This document shows positions 9,764 through 19,188 of a DNA stretch of 64,000 bases, piece after piece; the first letter of the stretch is position 1, and the number at the start of each line of letters is the position of its first letter. The stretch is from an uncultured Candidatus Binatia bacterium (GTDB taxonomy: Bacteria > Desulfobacterota > Binatia > UBA9968 > JAJDTQ01), in the NCBI GenBank assembly GCA_965213675.1, contig OZ243916.1:2944001-3008000 (forward strand), in the 5' to 3' direction. Made by a program: the position numbers and the translations under genes. Under the pieces are notes generated by a model. It ran no database searches, was not told the origin of the DNA, and saw nothing but the letters and a program-made list of their open reading frames with translations.

Positions 9764-11293
9764 TCAGCGCGGTTCCGCCGCGGCGTTGCGCCCGGCAATG
9801 CGGCCGAAGGCCAGCACCTCGGTGAGGTTGCTGGCGCCGGGATAGTTCTGGGACCACAGGGAGCCCAGCTCGCCGGCGCTGTACAGGCCCGGGATGGGGC
9901 GGCCCCAGGCGTTCAGCACCTGGGCGCGGGCGTTGCGGCGCGGGCCGCCCTGGGTGTTGAACAGGCTGGGCCACAGGGCGGCGCCGTAGAACGGGGGGTG
10001 CGCCAAGGGGCGCAACGTGTCGGGAGAGCGCCCGAGGGCTTCGTCCCGGCCGGTGGCGCACGCTTGGTTGTACTCGTTCACGGTCCGCTCCAGATCAGCG
10101 GGGTCGAGGCCCAGGGCGCCCGCCAGCGCGGTCGGGGTGTCGCCCTGCTTGATCCAGCCCCGGGCCACCTCGGCGGCGTTGTCCGCGCTCCAGCGGTTGT
10201 GTTCGGCCGCCGCGCAGTGCCGCGCGGTCGGCTCACGCAATGCCTCCAGGTTCTCGCTCCAGCGACAGGGATCGGTCACGGCGCCCCGGTCGGTGTTGGC
10301 CACGGGACCCGCCTTGCAAGTCGCGTCGTCGAAAACCACGAAGGAGGGAACCCGTGGCCGTTCCATGCTCTCCAGGTCCAGTTCCTTCACCAGCGAGCCC
10401 ACGGCGTGGGCGTCCATGGCGGTTTCGTTCACGAAGCGGCGCGCGCGCCGATCCACGTAGATGAAGCCGGGGCCGGGCATGGCGTGGATGATGGCGCCGT
10501 CGAAGCCGTCCACGCGGTAGCCGAAGCCCGCGGCCACAGCGTTCATGTGCCACAGGGACGCACCCGCGTCCGCGGCCAGGCGGATGCCGTCGCCGGTGTG
10601 GCCGGACGCGCCCAAAGACCAGAACCGCTGCCCCAGAAACTGGAGTTGCATGTCGGCGTCCTGCTCGTAGCCGCCGCAGGTCAGGATCACCGCCTTGCGC
10701 GCATGGATAACGATCTCCTCGCCCCCACGCCGTGCGGTGAGCCCGGTGACCGCGCCGTCGCCATCGCGCAGCAACCGCACCGCCGGGCACTCGAACAGCA
10801 CCGGAATGCCGCGCTCGTCGACGTTGCGCGCCAGCAGGTCCCACAGGTCCCGGCCGTTGGCGGTGGTGTCGCCCTTGACCCGGAGCCGCGGCCCGACGCC
10901 GTCCGCGCCGGGCTGCTCCGGCGAGGCGGCGCCGGTGGGATAGACGGGATAGCTCGCGGGCGCGGCCTGGAGCGGGTCTACCACCACGTCGCCGCCGAGG
11001 GAGCGCAGCCAGGGCTCGTTGTCGTGGCTCTCGCGCACCAGGGTCTCGATGACCTCCGGGTCCGTGGCGCCGCCGCACAGGAAGGTGATGTGCTCCACCG
11101 CCCGTTCCACCGCTCCGAAGGTACGCACCGAGCCGGCGGACAGCCGCGTGTTACCGCCGCCCGCGGCGGCCTTCTCCACGATCAGCACCTTGGCGCCCAT
11201 GTCGGCGGCGGTGATGGCCGCCGCGGCGCCGGCGCCGCCGTAGCCCACCACGGCCACGTCGGTTTCGCGGGACGACACCATGACCTTGCTCAT
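9764..11293 (-). CDS. FAD-dependent oxidoreductase (flavocytochrome c / 3-ketosteroid dehydrogenase-like, FAD_binding_2)
   Basis: VVGYGGAG, GGNTRLSAG, TGDG, RRFVNE, TQGG, IPGLYSAGE, FGRIAG. Confidence 0.85.
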   Translation of the reverse strand: MSKVMVSSRETDVAVVGYGGAGAAAAITAADMGAKVLIVEKAAAGGGNTRLSAGSVRTFGAVERAVEHITFLCGGATDPEVIETLVRESHDNEPWLRSLGGDVVVDPLQAAPASYPVYPTGAASPEQPGADGVGPRLRVKGDTTANGRDLWDLLARNVDERGIPVLFECPAVRLLRDGDGAVTGLTARRGGEEIVIHARKAVILTCGGYEQDADMQLQFLGQRFWSLGASGHTGDGIRLAADAGASLWHMNAVAAGFGYRVDGFDGAIIHAMPGPGFIYVDRRARRFVNETAMDAHAVGSLVKELDLESMERPRVPSFVVFDDATCKAGPVANTDRGAVTDPCRWSENLEALREPTARHCAAAEHNRWSADNAAEVARGWIKQGDTPTALAGALGLDPADLERTVNEYNQACATGRDEALGRSPDTLRPLAHPPFYGAALWPSLFNTQGGPRRNARAQVLNAWGRPIPGLYSAGELGSLWSQNYPGASNLTEVLAFGRIAGRNAAAEPR

Positions 11294-11415
11294 GGCGATG
11301 TCACTCTCATGGCGGCGTCACCCTCCTCCAACTTCACCGGCTTCCAATGCTGCACGTCCTTGGGGAAACGCTGATGGATTGCCCCTTGGACGGTGGCCTC
11401 CTTCGAAACGGCGTC

Positions 11416-11537
11416 CTTCGACTTCGCGCCGCTGGCGCGGCGCTACGCTCGGGACGAACGGTTGTAGGGCCCACTACCCGTTCGTGCTGAGCCCTTCGAC
11501 AAGCTCAGGACAGACCTTGCGGAGCGAAGTCGAAGGG
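11416..11537. repeat. Intergenic nested palindromic element (CCCTTCGACAAGCTCAGG type)
   Basis: Outer inverted repeat CCTTCGACTTCGC...GCGAAGTCGAAGG enclosing ACGAACGG...CCGTTCGT and CTGAGC...GCTCAG stems. Confidence 0.7.
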
Positions 11538-11538
11538 C

Positions 11539-12588
11539 TCACTCCGGCTTCACCAGGCGTCCCTCTCGTACCAGCCGCTCGATGATCTTGCGCGCCTCGG
11601 CGCGGGTCTCGACAGTGTCCTGCAGCTTGCGGTCGCGCCAGCCGTCGTTGGGCCAGCGCTTGGCCTTGGCGTAGACGGGCGCGTACATGTCGCTGCGCAG
11701 CTCGATGAGGAAGTTCCACACGTGGCCCGAGTCGGTCATGCGCGTGCGCTCCCAGCGCAGGTTGTCGATATCCACCATGCCGGTGACCACCGCCTCGCCC
11801 GGGGCATCGGCCGACGCCTGCACGTGGCCCATGTAGTCGATGACCTGGGTCATGCCGCGGTAGCCGCCGGTGGGGCGGTTGGAGCCCACGAAGGCGCCGC
11901 AGTTGACCGACAGGAAGTAGCACAGGTTCTCGTAGGCGCGGGCGCGCCGGAGCACGTCCCAGGCCTCGCCCTCGGGCGCGTAGGGCTCGGCGGTGGGGTG
12001 GATCAGCACCTCCGCGCCGCGCAACGCCAGGCAGCGGGCCATCTCCGGGAACACCACGTCGGTGCAGGTGAGGCACCCCAGCCGGCCGATCTCGGTATCC
12101 GCCACCGGGAACATGGCGTCCTCGCCGTAGCGCTCGGTGTACTCGGTGTAGACATCGCCGGGTCCGGTGTAGGTGGTGTTGAGGTTGTTCGGCCCGTTGT
12201 TCTTCCGGTACTTGAGGACGATGTTGCCGTCCGGGTCGATGATGAAACTCGTGTTGAAGAGCCGGCCGGGCCAGTCGTCGTCGCGCTCGTAGAGGTTGCC
12301 GGCGATGTGGCAGCCGCGCTCCTTGGCCTTGCGGCCGATCTGGTCGGTGACGTCGCCGGGGATGGTCTCGGCCAGGGCCAGCCACTCGTCCACCGACCGC
12401 GGCCGGTACTGGCCGATGATGCCGTACTCCGAGAACACCGCCAGCTTCACGTCCCCCAGGCGCAACGCGGTCCAGTCCAACAGCTCGAAGATGCGCCCGA
12501 GGTTCTCGTCGATGATCGCGTTGCGCTCCTTCGGTTCGACGATGACGCGGGTCTGTTGCTGTATCAGTGCGACTCGATAGGGTCTCAT
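11539..12588 (-). CDS. Nitrilase-related carbon-nitrogen hydrolase
   Basis: Glu-Lys-Cys triad contexts VFSEY, KYRK, LTCTD; FNTSFIIDPDG; RARAYEN. Confidence 0.85.
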   Translation of the reverse strand: MRPYRVALIQQQTRVIVEPKERNAIIDENLGRIFELLDWTALRLGDVKLAVFSEYGIIGQYRPRSVDEWLALAETIPGDVTDQIGRKAKERGCHIAGNLYERDDDWPGRLFNTSFIIDPDGNIVLKYRKNNGPNNLNTTYTGPGDVYTEYTERYGEDAMFPVADTEIGRLGCLTCTDVVFPEMARCLALRGAEVLIHPTAEPYAPEGEAWDVLRRARAYENLCYFLSVNCGAFVGSNRPTGGYRGMTQVIDYMGHVQASADAPGEAVVTGMVDIDNLRWERTRMTDSGHVWNFLIELRSDMYAPVYAKAKRWPNDGWRDRKLQDTVETRAEARKIIERLVREGRLVKPE

Positions 12589-12600
12589 GAGGCCTCCAAC

Positions 12601-12805
12601 GTTGTGTCAATACTCCGCTCGGAAGAGAAATGGCACGCACGACCCGAATCGTCATTCCCGCGGAAGCGGGAATCCAGGGGTGGGGAGGGGCAAACGGCGT
12701 CGCTTCCCGGCCCCACCACCCCTGGATTCCCGCTTCCGCGGGAATGACGATTCGTAACGGTTCCGTCTCACGAGTTTTGACACAGCCTGTTTCGAGGAGA
12801 TGACG
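12601..12805. repeat. Composite repeat: IS-end-like inverted repeats enclosing a REP-like palindrome
   Basis: Perfect 39 bp inverted repeat 12645-12683 / 12716-12754, bracketed by GTTGTGTCAATACTC and GAGTTTTGACACAGCCTG. Confidence 0.85.
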
Positions 12806-12850
12806 ATACGGGGCGTCGGCCTCACCCCGTGCTCACGCGGAGTCCTGGCA

Positions 12851-13015
12851 CTAGTGTGGTGTCTGGATAACTCGCGTCATAAACTGCGGGTTTTTTTCGC
12901 CGTCGGCTGCGTTGCTCTTCCTTGCGTGGTACCCGCCACTGCTCGTCATCGCGCCTTGCCGACGACAAAAAATCCTCCGCAGATTATGACCCGAATCAAC
13001 CAGACACCACACTAG
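12851..13015. mobile_element. CTAG-bounded ~165 bp MITE-like element, copy 1
   Basis: Terminal inverted repeat CTAGTGTGGTGTCTGG / CCAGACACCACACTAG extending imperfectly to about 39 bp; core shared with 27681-27844. Confidence 0.75.
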
Positions 13016-13914
13016 CGCCATGTGCTGTTCACCGTCTCCAGGTACCACTCCGCCATTTCCTCGCGCTTGGGATACCACACTCCGTCGAAGGATTTCACGT
13101 AGTCCACGAACTCGCGCAGGGCGCGGATGGCGTAGGCCTGGCCCATGACGTGGGGGTGCATGCCGACGTTCATGATGCGGCCGCTGTCGGCGCCTTCGAG
13201 GTAGAGCTGGTCGAACTGTTCCTTGAACAGGTCCAGCGCCTGGGAGGTGGTGCGGCCGCCGCGGGAGAACACGGCAAAGTCGTTGACGTCGTTGGAGTAG
13301 GGGATGCACACCAGCGGTCCGTGGCGGGTGTTCAGTAGATAGGGCTGGTCGTCGTTCAGGTAGTCCGCCTGGAACAGCAGGCCCAGCTCCTTCAGGATGT
13401 GGGGCGTCTCGTGGGTGCTCCGGAGCGACGACGACAGCCATCCCCGGGCCGGCCGCCCCACCGTTTCGGCATACACGTCCAGAGTGCGGCGAATGATCTC
13501 GCGCTCCTGGTCCGGCTGGTAGGCGTAGTAGGTGAGCACGTCGTTCTGGGCGTAGTTGTGCGCCAGGATTTCCCAACCGCGCTCGTTGACCGCATCGATG
13601 ATGCGCCGGCGCTCGATACCCGTGAGCGCGTTCATGGTGCAGGTCGCCGGCACCCCGGCCTTGTCGAACACGTCGATGATGCGCCACACGCCCACGCGCT
13701 GGCCGTACTCCCGCCAGGTCCAGTTGGCGTAGTCCGGGACGTTGCCCGGCACCACGTGGGGAATGGTCGCCGGCCCGCCGGGATAGAGTGGCTCCTTGGT
13801 GTCGCGGGTGATCTCCCAGTACTCGATGTTGATGGTGAAGATCATGGCCACCCGCGCGCCGCCGGGCCAACGCAGCGGCGGTCGGTCGGGAAAGGCGACG
13901 TAGTCGTAGAGCAT
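13012..13914 (-). CDS. Polysaccharide deacetylase family protein (PuuE allantoinase-like)
   Basis: Start at MLYDY with AAGGAG RBS; WPGGARVA, EYGQRVGVWR, DDQPY, HPHVMG. Confidence 0.85.
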   Translation of the reverse strand: MLYDYVAFPDRPPLRWPGGARVAMIFTINIEYWEITRDTKEPLYPGGPATIPHVVPGNVPDYANWTWREYGQRVGVWRIIDVFDKAGVPATCTMNALTGIERRRIIDAVNERGWEILAHNYAQNDVLTYYAYQPDQEREIIRRTLDVYAETVGRPARGWLSSSLRSTHETPHILKELGLLFQADYLNDDQPYLLNTRHGPLVCIPYSNDVNDFAVFSRGGRTTSQALDLFKEQFDQLYLEGADSGRIMNVGMHPHVMGQAYAIRALREFVDYVKSFDGVWYPKREEMAEWYLETVNSTWR

Positions 13915-14154
13915 GGGAAGCTCCTTTCGGGGTTGGGATCGGATTCGGGCAGGGTAGCATTTCCCTGCCCCCGCGTCCTGAGCCACGGTTCCTCTGCCAG
14001 GGCCGGCTCCATGCGGACAGGGCATCCGCTGCGCTGCGTCAGGTTACGCGGTTTGCGGGCATGACCGACGTGAACCCTGGAAACAGATCACAAGCGGTCG
14101 ACGGTTGCGCACGCACGCCAACACGCGCACAATGACCATGGAGGTGCGAAAACC

Positions 14155-14691
14155 ATGCGACGATTTCAAACCAGGACGCGGGCCTTGGCGGTGGCGTTGC
14201 TGCTGGCCGTTGCGCTCTTGGCGGCGGCCGGGAACGCGGCGGCTTCGCTGGTGGGCAGGCAGGCGCCGGAGTTCACCAACGATACCTGGATCCACACGGA
14301 GGGGGCGGCGCTGCGGCTGAAGGACCTGCGTGGGAAAGTGGTCCTCATCGAGTTCTGGACCTACGGCTGATACAACTGTGTCAACACACTCCCATCGTTG
14401 GTGGGATGGCACAAGGAATACGGCCCCCGGGGCCTCGTCGTCGTGGGAATCCACTCGCCGGAGTTTTCCCACGAACACTCGCTGGAAAACGTCAGGAACG
14501 CCTGCAAGGAACTGGGCATCGAGTTCCCGGTGGCGCAGGACAACGACTTCGCCACCTGGAAACGCTACGGCACACGCTACTGGCCCACGATCCACATCAT
14601 CGACAAGAAAGGCGTGATCCAGTACACGCGCTTCGGCGAGGGCGGCTACGACGAGATGGAAGGGATCATCCAGCGGTTGCTGGCCGAGTAG
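14155..14691 (+). CDS. Exported TlpA/DipZ-like redoxin, probable selenoprotein (UxxC)
   Basis: ORFs 14155-14370 and 14398-14691 are in one frame, separated only by TGA 14368-14370. Readthrough gives LRGKVVLIEFWTYG-U-YNC-VNTLP...GIHSPEF...YWP. Confidence 0.85.
14377..14413 (+). promoter_or_regulatory. Putative bacterial SECIS element
   Basis: TGTGTCA (14377-83) pairs with TGGCACA (14407-13); TCCCATC (14390-96) pairs with GGTGGGA (14400-06); GTT apical loop 27 nt after the UGA. Confidence 0.65.
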
Positions 14692-14945
14692 ACGCTGGCC
14701 CTGTCAAGATGGGTCACGGTGTCGCGGTATTGGGGCGGGCTCTTTGCGGTGAACCCTTCGAACAGGCCTTCCATCCGGGCCATGCGCTGGCGCACGTCTG
14801 ATACGTCCCGCCGCAACTCGCCGATGGCTGCGTTCGGTTCCTGCTGGCCGTTGCGAATCACACGGTGCAGCGTGATTCCTGTGCCAAATATGGCGACCCT
14901 GAGCATGGCGACCCTGACCGCAACAAGACCGATCACGGGTTCCAT
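14646..14945 (-). CDS. Small hypothetical protein (hydrophobic N-terminus, coiled-coil C-terminus), possibly degraded
   Basis: IGELRRDVSDVRQRMARMEGLFEGF heptad pattern; 3' end overlaps the redoxin gene. Confidence 0.45.
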   Translation of the reverse strand: MEPVIGLVAVRVAMLRVAIFGTGITLHRVIRNGQQEPNAAIGELRRDVSDVRQRMARMEGLFEGFTAKSPPQYRDTVTHLDRASVYSASNRWMIPSISS

Positions 14946-14977
14946 GATTTGAACTTTACGTCACGGATCGCGTGGTT

Positions 14978-15625
14978 TCAGCCCGCAGCCGGGCAGCTTA
15001 CCCCGGTGCCGCCCAAGCCGCAGTAGCCCCAGGGGTTCTTGGCGAGGTACTGCTGGTGATAGTCCTCGGCGAAGTAGAAATCGCCGGCGTCCAGGATTTC
15101 GGTGGTGATGGCGCCGTAGCCGGCCTTGGACATTTCTTCTTGATAGCGCTCGCGTGATGCTTCGGCGGCCTGCTTCTGGGCGTCGCCGTGCGTATAAATC
15201 CCGGAGCGGTACTGCGTGCCCACATCGTTGCCTTGGCGCATGCCCTGGGTGGGGTCGTGGGCTTCCCAGAACACCCTGAGCAGGGAGCTGTAGGTCACCA
15301 CCTTGGGATCGAACACCGCCAGCACTACCTCGTTGTGCCCGGTCCTGCCGGTGCACACCTCCTCGTAGCTGGGATTCGGCGTCAAGCCGCCGGCGTATCC
15401 CACGGCCGTGGTGTAGACTCCGTCGAGCTGCCAGAAACAACGCTCCGCGCCCCAGAAACAGCCCAGTCCGAACACCGCCTGCTCCATGCCCTCGGGATAC
15501 GGCGGCTCCAGCGGATGGCCGTTCACGAAATGCGTTTCCGGCACGGGCATCTTGTCCTGCCTTCCGGGCAGTGCCCTGGCCGCGTCCGGCATCTTCGTCT
15601 TCTTGCCCAGCAAGCCCCAAAGCAT
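14978..15625 (-). CDS. msrA: Peptide methionine (S)-sulfoxide reductase
   Basis: [48 protein letters not shown]. Confidence 0.96.
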   Translation of the reverse strand: MLWGLLGKKTKMPDAARALPGRQDKMPVPETHFVNGHPLEPPYPEGMEQAVFGLGCFWGAERCFWQLDGVYTTAVGYAGGLTPNPSYEEVCTGRTGHNEVVLAVFDPKVVTYSSLLRVFWEAHDPTQGMRQGNDVGTQYRSGIYTHGDAQKQAAEASRERYQEEMSKAGYGAITTEILDAGDFYFAEDYHQQYLAKNPWGYCGLGGTGVSCPAAG

Positions 15626-15810
15626 CGATTCCTCCTTTCGCAGGAACCGCGCGCATCGCGATTCGCCGCTCTCTTAACCATGCCATGTTGGGGGACGGTT
15701 GCAAGACGGGGCGCGGGGGTCGGACGGAGGCGGGACCCGCCGGGGGGGGGGAGCGTGCTGTACCAAACGCCAGTCTAGTTGCGTTTGGTAGCACTATATG
15801 CAAACGTGCT

Positions 15811-16950
15811 ATGCATATGGTACGGCGAAGCCACTGGATCAGGACCATCGAGGAGCTTTGGGGAACGAAGTCCGTGATCTGGCTCGCAGGCGTCCGCAGA
15901 GCGGGAAAGACATTTCTTTGTCAATCCTTGCCGGATGTCGAGTATCTTGATTGCGAGCTGCCGAGCGTGCGCCGAACGTTGGAGGACCCGGAAGGCTTCC
16001 TCCGGGATGTGGTGGCTCGCAGGGTGATCCTCGACGAGGTCCACCGCCTCCCCAATCCGTCGGAACTCCTGAAGATCGCCGCGGACTACCACCGCGACAC
16101 GAGGATCATCGCAACGGGGTCCTCCTCGCTGGGAGCGTCCCGAAGATTCCGGGACACGCTCACCGACCGGAAGCGCGACCTGTGGCTGACACCCATGTTG
16201 ATGCAGGACGAGCAGGAGTTCGGCGCCCGGGGGCTCGATCACCGTTTCCGGTTCGGCGGTCTTCCGCCGTTCTACCTGGCCGAGGCGGTGCCCGAGGGCG
16301 GCTTTCAGGACTGGATCGATTCCTATTGGGCCAAGGATGTCCAGGAACTGTTCCAGGTGGGGCGTCGCTGGTCCTTCATGCGGTTCGTCGAGCTGATGTT
16401 CGCCCAAAGCGGCGGCATGTTCGAAGCCGCACGGTTGGCGGGTGACTGCGAGGTCAGCCGCACGACCATCACCCACTATCTGCGGATCCTCGAAGACACC
16501 TTCGTCATCCAGGTCATTCGGCCCTACAGCACACGGCGCGCCACCGAGATCGTCGCGGCGCCAAAGGTCTACGGCTTCGACACGGGGTTCGTCAGCCGGT
16601 TCAAAGGGTGGGAGAGTTTGCGCAACGAAGACCGCGGCGCCCTGTGGGAACACTACGTTTTGAACGAGTACCTGGGCCGCCGGCAGAAACGAGACGTGCA
16701 CTACTGGCGCGACAAGCGCGGCCACGAGGTGGACTTCGTCACCCTTCGGCGCGGGATGCCGGTCGCCATCGAATGCAAGTGGCGCGCTGACCGCTTCGAT
16801 CCGCGCAACTTTCACGCGTTCCGCAAGGCGTACCCCGAGGGGGAAAATTTCGTGGTCACTCCCGATACGGAACGGTCCTACACGCGGCGCGACGGGCACG
16901 TCCAGTACCGGTTCGTGGGGCTGGCAGACTTGGTCCGGCGGCTGGCGTAG
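15811..16950 (+). CDS. AAA_14 / DUF4143 ATP-binding protein
   Basis: GVRRAGKT, ILDEVH, ATGSS, PKVYGFDTG, YWRDKRGHEVDF, IECK; start 15811 or 15817. Confidence 0.85.
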   Translation: MHMVRRSHWIRTIEELWGTKSVIWLAGVRRAGKTFLCQSLPDVEYLDCELPSVRRTLEDPEGFLRDVVARRVILDEVHRLPNPSELLKIAADYHRDTRIIATGSSSLGASRRFRDTLTDRKRDLWLTPMLMQDEQEFGARGLDHRFRFGGLPPFYLAEAVPEGGFQDWIDSYWAKDVQELFQVGRRWSFMRFVELMFAQSGGMFEAARLAGDCEVSRTTITHYLRILEDTFVIQVIRPYSTRRATEIVAAPKVYGFDTGFVSRFKGWESLRNEDRGALWEHYVLNEYLGRRQKRDVHYWRDKRGHEVDFVTLRRGMPVAIECKWRADRFDPRNFHAFRKAYPEGENFVVTPDTERSYTRRDGHVQYRFVGLADLVRRLA

Positions 16951-17026
16951 CCTACGTCACCGGCCCAGGCGGGCCGGCTACAACCTGTTGCTTCCGGGCC
17001 GCTCCGCGCGGTGCTATCCCCTAGTC

Positions 17027-17917
17027 ATGGAAACCGGCATCGCCTATGCGCTGGCGGCGGCGCTGTTCTGGGGCATTTCGCCGGTGCTGGTGAAGCGCGG
17101 GCTCCGGGACGCCAATCTGAGCGGCGCGGTGTTGCTGCAGCAGGCGGGGTCGGTGCTGACCATGCTGGCCATCATGGCGCTCTCGTCGGGCGCGGCGTCC
17201 CTGCGCATGCCTTGGACGGCCGCCGGGGTGTTCGTTTCCGTGGGCCTGGTGGGGAGCTTTCTTGGCCGCACCTTCGTGCTCAAGGGCATCGACGAGATCG
17301 GCGCCTCCAAGGCCAATTCCATCGCCAACTCCGCCCCGCTGCTCACCGCGATCTATGCCATCGTGTTGTTGGGCGAGACCGCCACCGCGGGCATTCTGGT
17401 GGGTGTCGTGCTCATCGTGGGGGGACTGTTGCTGATTACCCGCGGCGGGCCGGACGGCGACCCACGCGGCCCGGTGCCTTTCAAGGCTTTCCTCAATCCG
17501 CTTCTGTCCATCATCTTCTTCGGCTTCGGCCCCATCCTCAAGAAGCTCGCGATCCTCTCCGGCGGCACGCCGATCCCCGGCGCGCTCTTGACGCACCTCA
17601 CCGGCCTGGCGCTGGTGGTCACCTGCGGGCGCTTCCTGCGCATCGACTGGCGCGAGGGAATCCGCATCTCGGCGAAAGGCTACGCCGTTCTGTTACTGTC
17701 GGGAGTCGCCCAAGGGGTGGGATCGGTCCTCACCTATCTCGCCGTAACCCATGCCCCGGCCATCATCGTCGCGCCCGTGTGGAATGTGCAGCCGCTCATC
17801 ACCTTCTCCCTCGCCCGGCTGATCCTGCGCGAAGACGAGACCGTGACACTCAAGGACGGCCTTGCCGCGGTGCTGGTGGTGGCGGGGGTGTTCTTCCTGT
17901 TTCAGGCGCGGGGGTAG
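17027..17917 (+). CDS. DMT/EamA family transporter
   Basis: About ten hydrophobic segments in two repeats; start METGIAY. Confidence 0.85.
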   Translation: METGIAYALAAALFWGISPVLVKRGLRDANLSGAVLLQQAGSVLTMLAIMALSSGAASLRMPWTAAGVFVSVGLVGSFLGRTFVLKGIDEIGASKANSIANSAPLLTAIYAIVLLGETATAGILVGVVLIVGGLLLITRGGPDGDPRGPVPFKAFLNPLLSIIFFGFGPILKKLAILSGGTPIPGALLTHLTGLALVVTCGRFLRIDWREGIRISAKGYAVLLLSGVAQGVGSVLTYLAVTHAPAIIVAPVWNVQPLITFSLARLILREDETVTLKDGLAAVLVVAGVFFLFQARG

Positions 17918-17974
17918 CCGTCATTCCCGCGAGACCGGATTGGCCGAAACGCCCCAGACACCATACTAGGAGCC

Positions 17975-18002
17975 TTGTGTTAATCCAATATTGGACTATA
18001 AC
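17975..18002 (+). promoter_or_regulatory. Putative promoter with operator for the Xre-RES pair
   Basis: TTGTGT-16 bp-TATAAC with the perfect palindrome TCCAATATTGGA (17984-17995) in the spacer. Confidence 0.55.
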
Positions 18003-18024
18003 TAATTCTGAATTGGAGACACCC

Positions 18025-18462
18025 GTGGCCGTCACACCCGCATATCCCGAGACACGTCATGAAGCACCCGGTTTGGTAGACTTGTCAAATCGCGCTGAAC
18101 GAGCCCGCCTCACCCCCGATGCGGTGCGTGCGTTCTTCAACATCATGGGCTGCTGGAAGATCCGGGACGACGATGCGCGCCGGTTGCTTGGGGGGATCTC
18201 GAACGGCGCCTACTACACGCTCAAGAAGGGATCTCGCCGGCCGCTCGACGAAGACAGGCTGCGGCGGATCTCCTTCTTGGTGGGTATCTTCAAGGCATTG
18301 AACACTCTCTACGGCGACGAGTTGGCCGATCTCTGGGTGCAACGTCCGAACCGGAACCGGATTTTCGGTGGGTTGACTCCGTACGAGTATCTCGCCCGAG
18401 GCGGTTTGCCGGCCTTCGCAACCGTGCGGCAGCTGTTGGATGCGCGGCGGAGCGGCCATTGA
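18025..18462 (+). CDS. Xre/MbcA/ParS-type antitoxin
   Basis: GTG start after GGAG; AFFNIMGCWKI, RISFLVGIFKAL, WVQRPN...FGGLTP, VRQLLDARR; overlaps the RES gene. Confidence 0.85.
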   Translation: MAVTPAYPETRHEAPGLVDLSNRAERARLTPDAVRAFFNIMGCWKIRDDDARRLLGGISNGAYYTLKKGSRRPLDEDRLRRISFLVGIFKALNTLYGDELADLWVQRPNRNRIFGGLTPYEYLARGGLPAFATVRQLLDARRSGH

Positions 18463-19151
18463 AGATTCCGGTTCTTTCCCGGCTACGGCAATCCGATACA
18501 CACCGGTTGATTCCGTCGAAGTACAGCGGGAGTGGAGACAACGTCCTGGCCCGCATCGCGGACAGTGACGACCACCTTCGTGGGATCATGGAACTCGATC
18601 TCGCCACCGACGCGCGCCGCATGGCTGAAGCCGGTCGGTTGCCGGGCATCGGCATTGACGAACTCGTCGCCGGCATTCCCCATGCCGGCATCATCAATGC
18701 CGTCTTTACCTACGCCCACCCGCTGGGAAGCCGCTTCAACGGTCCGGGACGCGGTGCTTGGTATGCAGGCGCCGAACTGGCCACGTCACAGGCCGAAGTC
18801 GCATGGCACAAGTGGATCGAGCTTGTGGAGGTCGACTGGCTGGAGGAGAGCGTCACTTACGACGACTATCTCGCGGACTTCGCCGGCGAGTTCCACGACA
18901 TCCGGGGCGACCTTGCCTTCGAAGGTTGCATGGATCCCGACAGCTACATCGAGTCCCAATCACTCGGCGAGACACTTCTCCAACAGGGATCGTCCGGCAT
19001 CGTCTACCCCAGCGTGCGCCGCAAGGGCGGCGTCTGTATGGCCTGTTTCCGGCCCGCCTTGGTGGACAACGTCCGCAAGAGTGCGCGGTACCGGTTTACC
19101 TGGCTCGGGTCGCCGACGCCGGTGATCCGGCTTGAGCAGAGTTACCCGTGA
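18459..19151 (+). CDS. RES domain toxin (NAD+ phosphorylase family)
   Basis: THRLIPS, SRFN...GAWYAG, AEVAWH, YIESQ, GIVYPSVR. Confidence 0.88.
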   Translation: MKIPVLSRLRQSDTHRLIPSKYSGSGDNVLARIADSDDHLRGIMELDLATDARRMAEAGRLPGIGIDELVAGIPHAGIINAVFTYAHPLGSRFNGPGRGAWYAGAELATSQAEVAWHKWIELVEVDWLEESVTYDDYLADFAGEFHDIRGDLAFEGCMDPDSYIESQSLGETLLQQGSSGIVYPSVRRKGGVCMACFRPALVDNVRKSARYRFTWLGSPTPVIRLEQSYP

Positions 19152-19188
19152 TGCGGGCAAAACGGGGCCTGCGGCGCCGGGTGAATGG

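Noticed and set aside
11290-11405. Short minus-strand frame ending in an ATGA overlap with the FAD oxidoreductase gene
   Set aside because: No valid start codon after the AAGGAGG and no recognisable homology.
12645-12754. Repeats as a CRISPR array
   Set aside because: Copies are dispersed inverted repeats, not tandem direct repeats with spacers; no cas genes were seen.
15742-15751. G10 tract as a phase-variation switch
   Set aside because: Intergenic, not clearly within a promoter spacer, and length variation cannot be seen from one sequence.
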